Shown here in pieces: positions 49,054-50,155 of a stretch of 50,155 nucleotides of DNA (position 1 is its first letter; each line of letters begins with the position of its first letter). Under the pieces are notes generated by a model. The model searched no databases. It was not told the DNA's origin and saw only the letters and a list, made by a program, of their open reading frames with translations. The position numbers were made by a program, and so were the translations under genes. Origin of the DNA: Pseudovirgaria hyperparasitica (Eukaryota). The stretch lies in NCBI GenBank assembly GCA_010093815.1, contig ML996582.1; one strand, given 5' to 3'.

Positions 49054-50155
49054 TAGGAATTCTATAATCTTATCATTTTTAAGTTGATTTAATGCCTTTT
49101 GATTTATATAGCCTAATCTATTATACTATAAATCTATAGTAGAATTAATAGAACTACTTTGAGTGTCTATAATCTCATTTTCTATAGAGGTATATAAAGA
49201 ATCAGGTTCTTTATATATAGAAGTTGTCTTAAGAATACTAATATTATTTATTATACTAGCCTTAGCTAATAGCCTCTTATTCTTTAAATAGATACAGGCA
49301 TAGTTATCTTTAAATAATATAGACTTTCCATCTCTAATTATCTTTCCTATAGATAATAGATTTACTCTAAAATTAGGTATATAAAGGTAGTTCTTAATTA
49401 ATATCTCTATATTAGTAGATGTAATTAGAACTCTATAATCGCCTATACTACTAGCATTTATAACTCTATTTGAATTTCTCTATTTAATAGTATTATTATA
49501 TTCTTTAATACTAATAAAGAGACTCTTATTAGAGCATATATTAATGCTAGCCCCTGAATCTATAATCTAAGAGGTTTTATAGAAAGAGCTATTAATAGAC
49601 TCTATTTTTTAAATAGTAGAGTCATTAATTAAAGTAGTAAATACCTCTTCTTCTTGTTTAGAAGAAGCATTTATCTCTTTATTCTTCTCTTTCTCTTTCT
49701 TTTGCTTTTACTTTCCTTTCCCCTTATTAGAGGGTTTTAAATAAGGATATTTTTTAAAACACTTATCTTCTATATGATTTGGTTTCTTATAGTAAGAGCA
49801 TTTATTAGAACTGGTATTATTAGCCATTTCTATATTAATTATCTCATTTTTTGGTAAAGACTTTGATTTTATCCTTCTAGACTCATCTAGTAGATAATTA
49901 AATATTTCATCTATATCTAAATCCTTATCCTTTCTAATAGACTAGGTAATAATAGTTACTAGGTTTTCATATTCCTTAGTAAGGTTATTTAATACCCATG
50001 CTATTATGAATTTATTAGGTAATTTAAGTAATTTAGACTTTAGATTATCTCTAATTCTTATAATCTTATTTAAATACTCCTCTATATTCTTAGAGGCTCT
50101 AAGAGTAGTATTAAATAATTCTTTATATAATAAGAATTTAGAGCTAAACCCCTTT

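Larger units (their letters stand above)
39410..50155 (-). mobile_element. Ty1/Copia retrotransposon internal region, interrupted by Gypsy-1, truncated in RNase H, running off the window end
   Basis: Domain order gag CCHC (CSYCKKPNHIEDKC, ~49760-49800), protease (W)IIDSGAS (~49545-49570), WH.RLGH..CxxC, integrase FHS(D)N.KEY (~41400), RT (Y.DD ~39960; IGSLIYL ~39650), then RNase H D.D(W)GGD (~39413-39433). Confidence 0.88.

Overview
Filamentous ascomycete (Pezizomycotina-type) genomic DNA with two clear compartments. Positions ~673-19181 are a compact island of eight intron-containing housekeeping genes: NPY1, COG2, mitochondrial L1, glutamyl-tRNA synthetase, a CCHC zinc-knuckle protein, a 1750-aa protein that by eye has a RasGAP-like + VPS9-like + SEL1-like architecture, PPX1, and a carboxylesterase-like hydrolase. 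Positions 1-~480 and ~19250-50155 are AT-rich, TpA-rich DNA mutated by RIP. The right block contains: two full-length Tad1-like LINEs with 16-bp TSDs; a RIP-killed host gene; a minus-strand chromovirus (Gypsy-2) interrupted by LINE copy 2; and a minus-strand Copia interrupted by a plus-strand chromovirus (Gypsy-1). Most notable: (i) both chromoviruses carry, between pol and the 3' LTR, an antisense spliced gene encoding a Zn2Cys6-like Cys cluster plus a coiled coil, with a shared intron position; (ii) the LINE coding cassette is bracketed by a conserved 31-35 bp palindrome, and the two LINE copies are 5'/3' mosaics; (iii) the large host gene resembles GAPVD1/RME-6. All protein calls were made by eye from manual translation, with manual de-RIPing for the transposons; no searches were run.
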